DNA from: a virus
Taxonomy: Duplodnaviria > Caudoviricetes
DNA length: 63,577 nucleotides
Reading direction: 5' to 3' (one strand)
Virus record (IMG/VR): IMGVR_UViG_3300032232_000301
Location: 1 to 63,577 of that record
Position 1 is the stretch's first letter, and every line of letters starts with the position of its first letter. Made by a program: the position numbers and the translations under genes. This document shows, piece after piece, positions 9,701 through 18,585 of the stretch. The notes under the pieces were generated by a model that was not told where the DNA came from, ran no database searches, and worked only from the letters and a program-made list of their open reading frames with translations.

Positions 9701-10133
9701 AATGCGTTTTAGCTTCGGCGTTCGTATTTTCTCTGCTAATCGCGGTGGTTCTGCCCAAGTTGCGCTGACTTACCAAGGCAACGTGATCGCCGCAGGTAAC
9801 GTGACTGCCTACGGCTCGCCATCTGACATCAGACTCAAAGAAAACATCCAACCACTGACAGGCGCTTTGAATAAGGTCATGCAACTGCAAGGCTGTACAT
9901 TTGACTGGAAAGAAGAATCAGAAGAATATAAAATGGTTGGACTGCGTGAAGACATTGGTTTTATCGCAGATGCTGTACAAGACGTTGTTCCGACTATGGT
10001 GCGCGAAGGTAAAGACGGATACCTTTCATTGCGTGATCGTGGGTTCTCCGCCCTTTTGGTTGAAGCCATGAAAGAACAACAGGCACAAATTGCAGCTTTG
10101 CGTGCAGAAATTAACGCTCTGAGAGCAAATTAA
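6762..10133 (+). CDS. Tail fibre 1 with C-terminal intramolecular chaperone (peptidase S74-like)
   Basis: DRVQETTTTTGTG N-terminus, GGTG repeats, three YDSNNT modules, SDIRLKENI...GFIADAV...coiled coil. Confidence 0.9.
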   Translation: MALALFDRVQETTTTTGTGSVTLAGAVPGFQTFAVVGNGNTCYYTIVDGSTWEVGVGTYSTTGPTLARTTILSNSSGNLSPITLTAGVKSVFLTYPAGKSVNLNESGNVSPLGTVSSGVWQGSTVGVAYGGTGVTASSGANSVMLRDANQNVNVNRLNQANTDTAAAGGTTTLTAASTYSQTLTGTGSQTFTMPDATTLTTGVAFVFNNNATGTLTLANYAATTIGVIPSGGAVALILLANGTTGGTWNYHGFAPENIQWGTNSLYLANDVITGGTWNGGTIGTAYGGTGLTSYTSGGAVYANSSSTLTSGTLPVTAGGTGATTAAGAQSSLNVPSTTGSGASGTWGISITGSASGSAGSVANAATFNSGGAGDASGTTFNGSAARTISYNTIGAPSTTGTNASGTWGINVTGTSGSISGFNNPTTAPTANTIAYRTADGDIAAREIILSSGLQSVTPTVLVGMYPTTNQLVRMTPAAVAAAIQTGATGTWAINISGNAATATTAANYLPLTGGTLSGDLLFSNSGLTKRGIMGTVGDNDYWFVGGGATASNTGFMEIATGDDGQTAGTYEPIYASQYGPGNPLTGTLVRRASLLDANGNTTFPGSVGINVDPAARLHVRQSTPTGLGGVPAGVTMISDSSTNNYLLFRNTADNGTYAGLAFQDNNMGGYVVFGNSGATPSDQLAIAGYSGGILQYGTSDSINPAARTTAASWNSTGLQVNNGDMRAPIYYDSNNTAYYVDPASTSILNTIGFNGTSANAFGNYWAGAVGYPAYQFTGGNSRFGFSSTSGYVDVYTDGNYYGGIDLYGASRLVPLFDANQGGGALYSSIIYDSNNTAFYLDPNGTSVLNILDAPALNDSRLYLRTRGDTNHYLWNAGDDWEELVAYSGTGFRVANSTGVGAILTCFGSDNGNYVQARGSMRAPIFYDSDNTGYYADFSSTAGDCARFAGGIVVSQGNVTGNGIILADDGDIVDLNDGYCSMRFSFGVRIFSANRGGSAQVALTYQGNVIAAGNVTAYGSPSDIRLKENIQPLTGALNKVMQLQGCTFDWKEESEEYKMVGLREDIGFIADAVQDVVPTMVREGKDGYLSLRDRGFSALLVEAMKEQQAQIAALRAEINALRAN

Positions 10134-10144
10134 AGGAGTCAGAA

Positions 10145-10501
10145 ATGGCAATCACATACACATGGGCCGTCACAGGCATGAAAGTTACAATGGTTGGCAC
10201 TGAAGCCGACTACGTTATTCAGACATACTGGACTAAAACCGGCACGGATGAAAACGGCAACACTGGCATGTTTAGCGGCGCTACACCTCTGGACCCCAAC
10301 CCAGATCAGGTTGATTTCATTCCTTACGATCAACTGACACAAGAAATTGTTCTTGGCTGGATTCAACCTGTCGTTACTGGCGACTACGAAACCCATGTCA
10401 ATGACGCAATTGCGGCCCAAATTGCGGCTAAGATTGACCCCGTAACGGAGCCTGCATTACCTTGGGCACCGCCTACACCCCCAACCCCACCAACCCCATA
10501 A
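10145..10501 (+). CDS. Tail-fibre-associated protein, paralog of 13402-13737
   Basis: TYTW...FIPYDQLTQEIVLGWIQ...LPW. Confidence 0.7.
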   Translation: MAITYTWAVTGMKVTMVGTEADYVIQTYWTKTGTDENGNTGMFSGATPLDPNPDQVDFIPYDQLTQEIVLGWIQPVVTGDYETHVNDAIAAQIAAKIDPVTEPALPWAPPTPPTPPTP

Positions 10502-10510
10502 GAGGAAAGC

Positions 10511-10702
10511 ATGAACGATAAGATCAATATTGGAGAAGTAACTGTTGCAGAGTTCAACGTCATCATGAAGCAGCTGGCCGCTGGTCAACTGGGTGAGTGT
10601 CTTGACCTGTTCATGAAGTTAAGCAAGATTGGCCAAGATTTTCAAATGGCCCAGCAAAACGGCATCCGCCCCGGTCCTCCAGCAGCCGCTGACCTGAAAT
10701 AA
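10511..10702 (+). CDS. Small hypothetical protein
   Basis: GAGGA RBS; lies within the operon. Confidence 0.6.
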   Translation: MNDKINIGEVTVAEFNVIMKQLAAGQLGECLDLFMKLSKIGQDFQMAQQNGIRPGPPAAADLK

Positions 10703-10763
10703 GGCTGACATGGCATACCCTTTTCTTTGGTTTAACGGCCCAAGATTCCGATAGGGGCTTGCC

Positions 10764-11729
10764 ATGTTTGGCTTCGCAAGCTTTTCCCAAGTACCGTTCG
10801 CGTCCCTAGCAGGGACCGCGTTCCTGTTTGACATTACGGAAGGGTTTGCGTCTGACGACGCTAGCTCACAGCTTTCGGCTTTCCTGCAAAGCATCTCAGA
10901 AGACAGCGTAATTGATGACATTGACGCAACCTCTGGGGACTTCTTTGCGCTAGTTTATGAAGATACCGGCATGGCCGACTTCAGTACCGAGCAGTACGCC
11001 TATTCGTTCTCCATAGCCGAGGACTCCCAACTAGCTGACAGCGCCGCAATCCAAGCAGATTTCGCCTCGTCTGTAACCGAAAACTCCGCCCTAGCCGACA
11101 GCCAAGAGGTGTACACAGAGTTTTTAAGCAGTATTCTGGAGCCGATTGACAACGTCGCCGACTCCTCTACCCAGCAGTCAAACTTTGGCCAAACCATCAC
11201 AGAGCCGTTCTCGGTAGCCTCAATAGAAGTCATTACTGCGCAGTTTGCTCAGGCCGTCACAGAAGCCGTAGATATGGCCGATGTGATAAATATTGCCGCG
11301 CAGTTTGTTTCTTCCATTTCTGAGAACTCTACGCTGGCTGACGAGCCGGTTGTTGTTTTAAACATTTTCTTCTCTATTACAGAGAATTTGGACTCTGCTG
11401 ACAGCAATACGGCGTCTCAGGGTTTTTACTTTGCGATTGACGAGAATGTCACTCTGCAAGACCTCCGAGTCATACGCGCAGACTTTCAAACATTTATTGA
11501 CGAAAACATTGCAATGGCGCAAAATATCGTCGTTGTTGGATGGTTCAAAATTGTGAATAATATGGATGCAGATTGGGCGTCAATTAACGACACGCAAACA
11601 CCCAATTGGAATATGGTCGGTACACCGCAAAGCGCTAGTTGGGCGGACGTACAAACCACGCAGTCTTCTGGATGGGTGCTGATAGAAACGCCACAAAACC
11701 CGTCGTGGGACGACATCAACAACAGTTAG
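10764..11729 (+). CDS. Very acidic repeat protein, probable fibre/tail component
   Basis: MFGFASFSQVPFASL N-terminus, roughly 19-aa E/D repeats, C-terminal Trp repeats. Confidence 0.7.
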   Translation: MFGFASFSQVPFASLAGTAFLFDITEGFASDDASSQLSAFLQSISEDSVIDDIDATSGDFFALVYEDTGMADFSTEQYAYSFSIAEDSQLADSAAIQADFASSVTENSALADSQEVYTEFLSSILEPIDNVADSSTQQSNFGQTITEPFSVASIEVITAQFAQAVTEAVDMADVINIAAQFVSSISENSTLADEPVVVLNIFFSITENLDSADSNTASQGFYFAIDENVTLQDLRVIRADFQTFIDENIAMAQNIVVVGWFKIVNNMDADWASINDTQTPNWNMVGTPQSASWADVQTTQSSGWVLIETPQNPSWDDINNS

Positions 11730-11749
11730 TTATTCCAAAGGAATGAAAC

Positions 11750-13405
11750 ATGTCAAGTACCTTTTCCAATCTTAAGTTTGAGCTAATCACCACGGGCGAG
11801 CAGTCCGGTACGTGGGGTTCAACAACCAATACAAACCTTGGTACAGCAGTTGAGCAGGCTATTGTTGGCATGGCAACACTTACTTCGGCAAACTTTACAA
11901 CAAACATAGCAACGCTTACGCTGACCAACACCAACACAGCCCAGAACGCCCGGGCACTGTGTTTAAACATTGCAGCTGGCGCAGTTTCCGCTGCGGGAAC
12001 CATCAACGTTCCGGCCATTGAAAAGCCTTACCTGATTATTAACGGCAGTAGCTTTACTGTAACCGTCAAAGTGTCTGGCCTAACTGGTGTCGCAGTCCCT
12101 GCTGGCAAGCGCACAGTGGTGTACAACAACGGCACTGACGTTGGCAATCAAATTGATTACTTGTCTACACTGGCTCTTGGCACTGCGCTTCCTGTTACAT
12201 CTGGCGGCACTGGCACAACTACCCCTGCGATAGTAGCAGGCACAAACGTTACTGTATCCGGAACGTGGCCTAATCAAACAATTAACGCAACCGGTGGCGG
12301 AACAGTCACTTCGGTAGCTGGCACGGGTACTGTAAACGGGCTTACCCTAACTGGGACTGTTACAAGTACAGGTAGTTTGACACTTGGCGGTTCACTTACA
12401 GGTGTTAACTTGGCCTCGCAAGTGAGTGGACTTCTTCCCGTTGCAAATGGCGGAACAGCGACGGCTACCCCCTCCTTAGTTGCGGGATCTAACATTACCA
12501 TCACAGGGACATGGCCAAATCAAACAGTGACTGCAGCTGGCGGCGGAAGCGGCACAGTCACCAGCGTATCTGGTACAGCGCCTGTAGTTTCCAGTGGGGG
12601 TACAACGCCAGCTATTAGCATGGCTGCGGCTTCCACATCAGTCAACGGATACCTGACTTCAACAGATTGGAATACTTTCAACAATAAACAAGCTGCTGGA
12701 TCATACGTAACCGTTGGCGGGGCGTTAGGCACTCCATCTTCTGGAACATTGACAAACTGCACGTTTCCCACACTTAACCAGAACACTACGGGCACTGCGG
12801 CTGGTTTATCTGCAACTTTGGCTGTGGCCTCTGGCGGAACAGGCGTTACAAGTTCTACCGGATCTGGTTCGGTGGTTCTTTCTACCTCCCCATCATTAAC
12901 AACTCCAGCGTTAGGTACACCATCATCTGGTAATTTAACCAACTGTACGTTTCCAACTTTAAATCAGAACACAACAGGATCATCCGCTTCATGCACAGGT
13001 AATTCTGCAACAGCAACCACTGCAACCAACCTTTCTGGCGGTACGGTAGCGGCTACAACCATTACGGCTACCGGCGACATCACTGCTTACTTTGTTTCAG
13101 ACATTAAATTTAAAGAAAATATCAGAGTCATCCCAGATGCGCTGGCAAAGGTAAATGCAATTGGTGGCAAACTTTATGATTGGACTGATGAATACATTGC
13201 AAATCGAGGCGGCGCTGACGGTTACTTTGTGAGCAAAGAAGACTTTGGTGTGGTGGCCCAAGATGTATTAGCAGTTTTTCCACTAGCGGTTCGTACTCGT
13301 TCCGACGGTTCATTGGCTGTTGACTACATCAAATTGGCAGCGTTGTCTTTTGCTGCTTTAAATGAATTGACAAAACGAATTGAAACTTTGGAGTCCAAAT
13401 CATGA
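11750..13405 (+). CDS. Tail fibre 2 with C-terminal S74-like chaperone
   Basis: GEQSGTWGSTTNTN N-terminus, GGTG repeats, SDIKFKENI...GVVAQDV. Confidence 0.88.
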   Translation: MSSTFSNLKFELITTGEQSGTWGSTTNTNLGTAVEQAIVGMATLTSANFTTNIATLTLTNTNTAQNARALCLNIAAGAVSAAGTINVPAIEKPYLIINGSSFTVTVKVSGLTGVAVPAGKRTVVYNNGTDVGNQIDYLSTLALGTALPVTSGGTGTTTPAIVAGTNVTVSGTWPNQTINATGGGTVTSVAGTGTVNGLTLTGTVTSTGSLTLGGSLTGVNLASQVSGLLPVANGGTATATPSLVAGSNITITGTWPNQTVTAAGGGSGTVTSVSGTAPVVSSGGTTPAISMAAASTSVNGYLTSTDWNTFNNKQAAGSYVTVGGALGTPSSGTLTNCTFPTLNQNTTGTAAGLSATLAVASGGTGVTSSTGSGSVVLSTSPSLTTPALGTPSSGNLTNCTFPTLNQNTTGSSASCTGNSATATTATNLSGGTVAATTITATGDITAYFVSDIKFKENIRVIPDALAKVNAIGGKLYDWTDEYIANRGGADGYFVSKEDFGVVAQDVLAVFPLAVRTRSDGSLAVDYIKLAALSFAALNELTKRIETLESKS

Positions 13406-13737
13406 GTGCTACTTTCACTTGGTCAATCGACCGTATGAGAACACTGCAAGCTCCACAGCCTAACTATGTTGTAGAAGTTGGGTGGACTGTGGTTGGATTA
13501 GACGGCCCGTACGTGGTTTCTTGCAGTAACACGCAAACGCTTAACGTAGTGCAGTCTGAAACGTTCGTGCCTTATGCTGATTTAACTGAAGCAATTGTTC
13601 TTGGTTGGGTTCAAGGTGCATTAGGTGAGAGTGGTGTCGCAGCTGCTGAAGCGCAGGCTCAAGCGTACATTGACCGACAAATGCACCCGCCTTCTGAAAT
13701 GCCACAAAATACACCATTGCCTTGGGTACAGGAGTAA
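13402..13737 (+). CDS. Tail-fibre-associated protein, paralog of 10145-10501
   Basis: TFTW...FVPYADLTEAIVLGWVQ...LPW. Confidence 0.7.
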   Translation: MSATFTWSIDRMRTLQAPQPNYVVEVGWTVVGLDGPYVVSCSNTQTLNVVQSETFVPYADLTEAIVLGWVQGALGESGVAAAEAQAQAYIDRQMHPPSEMPQNTPLPWVQE

Positions 13738-13740
13738 AAA

Positions 13741-14337
13741 ATGGCAGGATACCTTCCAGCGTCGGGCAACTCCCTTTCAATGTCGCAGATTAATTCTGTC
13801 TTTGACAGTCGCGGCAATAACTTAAATGCATATCGTGGCACAACGTGGTACACAGCTGCTGGAGGCTCCGGCACGTTTTCATCTGGCACAATCTCTTTCA
13901 GCGATTTTTATGACAAAGGGCCGAGCGCCGCTCGCACATTCTCTTTAGCATCACTACTTGAAATTTTTGGCGAGGCCAATTCGGGTGGTACTGCTTATGC
14001 TGAATATTCGTTTGGTACTGATGGGTCAATTGTTGGAGCTAGTAGCCAATCAGGAAGCTTCGCAGTGGGTAACTGGACAACACCTATTACTGCTGGCATC
14101 GGTTCAAGTTATTGGATTAGAGCTACTCAAACTTCTAGTTCCGGACCTAGCACCGAATACGGCGCTTCCAGAGGTGTTTGGCTACAATTAAACTCTCAAC
14201 GAACTTTTGGCGTTTCAAAAACAGCAAATGGTTTAAGTGCCCGTGTGTACACTTTTCAAATTGCTTCTGATAGTGGTGGTTCTAACATTGTTGCAACCGC
14301 AACTGGTATCCAATACAGCATTGAAATTATTTTCTAA
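13741..14337 (+). CDS. Probable receptor-binding tip (adhesin-like) protein
   Basis: LPASGNSLSMSQIN...ISFSDFY attachment-like N-terminus directly after the fibre genes. Confidence 0.55.
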   Translation: MAGYLPASGNSLSMSQINSVFDSRGNNLNAYRGTTWYTAAGGSGTFSSGTISFSDFYDKGPSAARTFSLASLLEIFGEANSGGTAYAEYSFGTDGSIVGASSQSGSFAVGNWTTPITAGIGSSYWIRATQTSSSGPSTEYGASRGVWLQLNSQRTFGVSKTANGLSARVYTFQIASDSGGSNIVATATGIQYSIEIIF

Positions 14338-14343
14338 AAATGA

Positions 14344-14628
14344 ATGCGCTGGATTGTCTTAATACTGTTGCTGTCACTGGCGGGGGCGGCCTCAAAACCG
14401 CCATGCATAGTGACGGACTTTTACGGGCTGAGTTGGATTAACGACCCGACGATGCGCCACATGGAGTTGTCTAGGTGGCTGACGACAAACGGGGACAACT
14501 GCAGTTCGGCGCAGTTAGTAGGAATTTGGAACAACCTTGCGCTCTGGGCGGGGGCTGCGGATAGCGCGGAGTTAAGAAGCAAGGTGTTGTATTACTACGC
14601 AAGGGCGGTGGAAAGGGAAAAGAAATGA
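14344..14628 (+). CDS. Exported or membrane-anchored hypothetical protein
   Basis: Signal-peptide-like N-terminus and two Cys. Confidence 0.65.
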   Translation: MRWIVLILLLSLAGAASKPPCIVTDFYGLSWINDPTMRHMELSRWLTTNGDNCSSAQLVGIWNNLALWAGAADSAELRSKVLYYYARAVEREKK

Positions 14629-14861
14629 TTGAAACCATCAGACTATTTCCAACAATCCAAGCGTCAGGGTATCCTGACAAGCACGACCTTGCCCAAGCAA
14701 AGCTAGAAAAACAACAAGACGTTAACAAGACAGTTGAAGTGGCCAAGCAAAAGCAAACGGAACTCCAAGACATTGGCTTTGAGATTTACTGCAAGAAGGT
14801 AGTTCAAGAGCGGATCCGCATGGAGATTTTTACCAACCGTAAGCTGGACATTTATGTATGA
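14625..14861 (+). CDS. Hypothetical protein
   Basis: ATGA overlaps at both ends. Confidence 0.65.
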   Translation: MIETIRLFPTIQASGYPDKHDLAQAKLEKQQDVNKTVEVAKQKQTELQDIGFEIYCKKVVQERIRMEIFTNRKLDIYV

Positions 14862-15115
14862 CCAAGAAGCCAATACCAAAGCCGCAAATGGAAACAAAAG
14901 AAAAACTGACGCTGTGGGTCACATTGATGGTCAGCACAACCTTGTGCATCTCGGTGCTGGCCATGGTCACGGCCTTTCTCCTTGGTTTGTGGGCCAAGGA
15001 AGTAGACAACGCAGAGATTTTCAAAATGATTTCACCCGCTTTTTCTACTCTTATCGGCGGCATGATTGGGTTCCTGAGTGGTATCAAACTCATGCAGAAT
15101 GAGGATAAAAAATGA
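14858..15115 (+). CDS. Two-TM membrane protein in the lysis region
   Basis: Two hydrophobic helices; ATGA coupling. Confidence 0.7.
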   Translation: MTKKPIPKPQMETKEKLTLWVTLMVSTTLCISVLAMVTAFLLGLWAKEVDNAEIFKMISPAFSTLIGGMIGFLSGIKLMQNEDKK

Positions 15116-15213
15116 CTGACATATTAATTGGCATGACAATTGGGGCTTTGTTTATGGCCTTGCTGTCATTTCTGCACGGCTTTATTTCAGCTTGGATAAA
15201 GGACACAAAATGA
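15112..15213 (+). CDS. 33-aa single-TM peptide (absent from the ORF track)
   Basis: MTDILIGMTIGALFMALLSFLHGFISAWIKDTK; ATGA overlaps at both ends. Confidence 0.6.
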   Translation: MTDILIGMTIGALFMALLSFLHGFISAWIKDTK

Positions 15214-15617
15214 TTGGACTAGACGCAATTCTTAACATCGGCGGTAAGCTCATCGACAAGCTTATCCCTGACCCAGAAGCCAAGGCCAAGGCGCAACTGG
15301 AACTAACCAAGATGGCGCAGGACGGTGAGCTGGCTAAGATGGCCAACGAAACCAAACTGTATGAGGTAGAACAGAATAATCTGACGCAACGTATGCAGGC
15401 CGACATGGGGTCTGACTCTTGGCTGTCTAAGAACATTCGCCCCATGACGCTAATCTTCTTGTTGGTTGCCTATTCCGGCTTTGCAATTGCCTCAATATTT
15501 GAGTACGAAACCCGTGGCGCTTACGTTGAATTGTTGGGACAATGGGGCATGCTCGTGATGTCGTTCTACTTTGGTGGACGCACTATGGAAAAGATTGCAG
15601 ATAGGATTAAGAAATGA
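15210..15617 (+). CDS. Holin (GTA 3TM holin-like)
   Basis: GGKLIDKLIPDPEAKAKAQLEL...WLSKNIRP...FYFGGRTMEK; adjacent to the endolysin. Confidence 0.8.
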   Translation: MIGLDAILNIGGKLIDKLIPDPEAKAKAQLELTKMAQDGELAKMANETKLYEVEQNNLTQRMQADMGSDSWLSKNIRPMTLIFLLVAYSGFAIASIFEYETRGAYVELLGQWGMLVMSFYFGGRTMEKIADRIKK

Positions 15618-16042
15618 ATCTGACCGACCACTTTACACTTGAAGAACTGACTCACACAGATCACCGCCTATTGGACAACACGCCAAATGAAGCCGAACTG
15701 GAAAACCTCAAACGACTTGCAGCCTTCCTTGAAGAAGTCAAATCTGCATTGGGAGGAAGACCTGTTATGGTTAACTCGGCTTTTAGAAGCAAGCAGGTCA
15801 ATGATGCTGTGGGCAGTAAAGATACTAGCCAGCATCGCCTTGGTTGTGCTGTGGACATCCGAGTACCTCAACTAACCCCTGATGAAGTTGTAAAGACTAT
15901 CATTGCTTCTGGTTTACCCTATGACCAAGTGATCCGTGAGTTTGACCGTTGGACGCACGTTAGTATCCCTAACACCCCAGAAACTGCGCCACGCAGACAA
16001 GCGTTAATCATCGACAAAACTGGCACTCGGCTTTATGCTTGA
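15614..16042 (+). CDS. Endolysin, peptidase M15A family
   Basis: HFTLEEL...SAFRS...SQHRLGCAVD...WTHVS zinc-ligand pattern. Confidence 0.85.
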   Translation: MNLTDHFTLEELTHTDHRLLDNTPNEAELENLKRLAAFLEEVKSALGGRPVMVNSAFRSKQVNDAVGSKDTSQHRLGCAVDIRVPQLTPDEVVKTIIASGLPYDQVIREFDRWTHVSIPNTPETAPRRQALIIDKTGTRLYA

Positions 16043-16072
16043 TGCGCACCCAAATTGATGGGAAAATAAGCC

Positions 16073-17947
16073 ATGCCATTAAAGAAACTTGCCCTAAAAG
16101 CTGGTGTAAACAGGGAAAACACCCGCTACACCAACGAGAACGGATACTACGTATCTGATAATGTACGGTTTCGTCAGGGCACTCCCGAGAAGATTGGCGG
16201 TTGGACTCGCCTGTCAGCTAATTATTTCTTGGGAGTTTGCCGTTCTTTGTGGAACTGGGTGACGTTAGGCGGCGCTAACTTGGTAGGGGTTGGCACAAAT
16301 CTAAAGTTTTACCTTGAGTATGGTGGCGCTTATTACGACATCACACCCCTTCGCGTAGTTCCGGCTCCAACTATCAACAACAACCCATTTGCTGGGGACG
16401 GCACAACGACGGTAACTGTTACCGATACGGCCCACGGTGGAACTACTGGCGACTTTGTTACCTTTAGCGGCGCTACGGGCACTTACGACACTATCTTTAA
16501 TGCTGAATACCAAATCACTGTTGTAACGGCCAATACCTACACAATCACAACGCCTTCCGTTATTGCGGCGGGAAGCTATGGCGGCGCAGCTGTAGTGGCG
16601 GCGTATCAGATTAGTATTGGTGCGGCTTATGCTTCCCCGATTGTGGGGTGGGGCGCAGGCGCTTGGGGTATTGGAACTTGGGGTAATGGTGGCGGCTCTT
16701 CTACCATCCCAATCCGGTTATGGGCGCAGTCTAACTTTGGTGAAAACCTTGTGTTTGGCTACCGTGGCGGCGCTCTGTATTACTGGGATAACACCACCGG
16801 AATTAACACCCGTGGCGTCCTAGTATCCAGTTTGGCTGGCGCTTCCGACGTTCCATTGATACAGAACTACTTAATGGTTTCCGCTATCAGCCGTTTTGTA
16901 TTTTGCTTTGGTGTTAACGATTACGGAACCGCTACACAAAACCCAATGTTACTGCGTTGGTCGGATCAAGAAGATATTACGATGTGGACACCGGCGGCAA
17001 CCAATCAGGCCGGTAGTTTGCTGCTTTCTCACGGCTCTAAAATTGTGACAGCCATCCAGACCCGTCAAGAGATTGTGGTGTTTACGGATTCCGCTTTGTA
17101 CTCCCTCCAATACCAAGGACCGCCTGTGGTTTGGAGCTCTCAGTTGCTGGGCGATAACATTTCTATTGTTAGTTCCAATGCTGTGGCAATTGGCTCGGGC
17201 GTAATCTACTGGATGGGTGTAGACAAGTTTTATAAATACGACGGTCGCCTGCAGACTCTGCGCTGTGACTTACTTAAATACATTTTTGAAGACATTAACC
17301 TTGACCAACAGGATCAGTTCTTTGCAAGCACCAATGAAGGTTTTACTGAAATCTGGTTCTTCTATTGTTCGGCAGGGGCCACAGAAATTAATCGCTATGC
17401 GATTTATAACTATACTGAAAACAACGGCGCAGGCGTATGGTATTACGGTGCAATGGCTAGAACCGCATGGCTTGACTCAGGCTTGCGAAACAACCCAATG
17501 GCCGCGACTGTAGTCAATAACATTGTTTACCATGAAGAAGGTAACGATGACAACACTACCGAAACATCCTTGCCAATCGCGTCTGTGATTGAAACGACTG
17601 AATTTGACATTGACGATGGCGATCACTTTGGTTTTGTGTGGCGCATGTTGCCCGATATAACGTTTGTAGGATCTGATGCTGCGTCTCCACAAGTCACTAT
17701 GACTTTGATCCCAATGCAAAACTCTGGATCAGGCTACAACGACCCCATCTCTGTGGGCGGGAATAGTGACGCAACCGTTGTGCGTACTGCAACTGTTCCT
17801 ATTGAAGAGTTTACCGGCCAAGTCTATGTCAGGGTGCGTGGCCGACAAATGATTTTAAAGATTGAGAACAATCAGCTGGGTTGCGCATGGCAACTTGGTA
17901 GCCCCCGTATTGACATCAAACAAGACGGTCGCAGAGGTAACTCATGA
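16073..17947 (+). CDS. Tail nozzle/stabilisation protein (P22 gp10-like)
   Basis: 624-aa beta-propeller-like protein (LRWSDQED, EIWFFY, RTAWLD) before the ejection genes. Confidence 0.65.
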   Translation: MPLKKLALKAGVNRENTRYTNENGYYVSDNVRFRQGTPEKIGGWTRLSANYFLGVCRSLWNWVTLGGANLVGVGTNLKFYLEYGGAYYDITPLRVVPAPTINNNPFAGDGTTTVTVTDTAHGGTTGDFVTFSGATGTYDTIFNAEYQITVVTANTYTITTPSVIAAGSYGGAAVVAAYQISIGAAYASPIVGWGAGAWGIGTWGNGGGSSTIPIRLWAQSNFGENLVFGYRGGALYYWDNTTGINTRGVLVSSLAGASDVPLIQNYLMVSAISRFVFCFGVNDYGTATQNPMLLRWSDQEDITMWTPAATNQAGSLLLSHGSKIVTAIQTRQEIVVFTDSALYSLQYQGPPVVWSSQLLGDNISIVSSNAVAIGSGVIYWMGVDKFYKYDGRLQTLRCDLLKYIFEDINLDQQDQFFASTNEGFTEIWFFYCSAGATEINRYAIYNYTENNGAGVWYYGAMARTAWLDSGLRNNPMAATVVNNIVYHEEGNDDNTTETSLPIASVIETTEFDIDDGDHFGFVWRMLPDITFVGSDAASPQVTMTLIPMQNSGSGYNDPISVGGNSDATVVRTATVPIEEFTGQVYVRVRGRQMILKIENNQLGCAWQLGSPRIDIKQDGRRGNS

Positions 17948-18576
17948 CATTGATTGTTACATCAGAGTTTGAGCTTAATCAGGTAGCCGCACCTAACTTG
18001 CCGCTGGCTACAGAGGAATACTCTCGGCTGTATCAAGATCAATTAAACAACGTGTTGCGTCTTTACTTTAACCGTTTAGATGCAATTATTGACCAGTTAA
18101 AAACTTTCTCAGTTCCGTATGGCGCGTTTTCTAGCGATCAGGATCAGACAGCAGTAGCCAATACAGCCACACTGATGACGCTTAACACCACGGATTTTGC
18201 AAATGGTATCAGCATTGCAACTTCTAAAATCACGGTAGCCACTGCGGGCATTTACAATCTTCAGTTCAGCACACAGTTTGCAAACACAAACAGTAACGTC
18301 CAAGATGTCTATATTTGGTTGCGTCAAAACGGGGTAGACATACCGGGTTCAACTGGCTTTGTATCTATTCCGGGTAGCCACGGAGGCACGGATGGGCATT
18401 CAATTGTTGGTTGGAACTATTTTTTAAGTATGACGGCAGGTCAGTACATAGAAATCTATTGGTCTGTGCCTAATACTGCTGTGAGCATTCAGCATCTTGC
18501 CGCTTCCGGTACACCCACTAAGCCCTCTACGCAATCGGTGGTAGCTACCATGTCGTTTGTTTCAGCTTTGCCTTAA
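17944..18576 (+). CDS. Virion protein with N-terminal helix and C-terminal beta-sandwich (tail needle-like)
   Basis: APNLP...QLNNVLRLYFNRLD followed by AGIYNLQFS. Confidence 0.55.
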   Translation: MTLIVTSEFELNQVAAPNLPLATEEYSRLYQDQLNNVLRLYFNRLDAIIDQLKTFSVPYGAFSSDQDQTAVANTATLMTLNTTDFANGISIATSKITVATAGIYNLQFSTQFANTNSNVQDVYIWLRQNGVDIPGSTGFVSIPGSHGGTDGHSIVGWNYFLSMTAGQYIEIYWSVPNTAVSIQHLAASGTPTKPSTQSVVATMSFVSALP

Positions 18577-18585
18577 GGTTTAAAC

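Noticed and set aside
6762-14337. Diversity-generating retroelement or shufflon acting on the fibres
   Set aside because: No reverse transcriptase, template/variable repeat pair or invertase seen; the repeats are diverged protein-level modules
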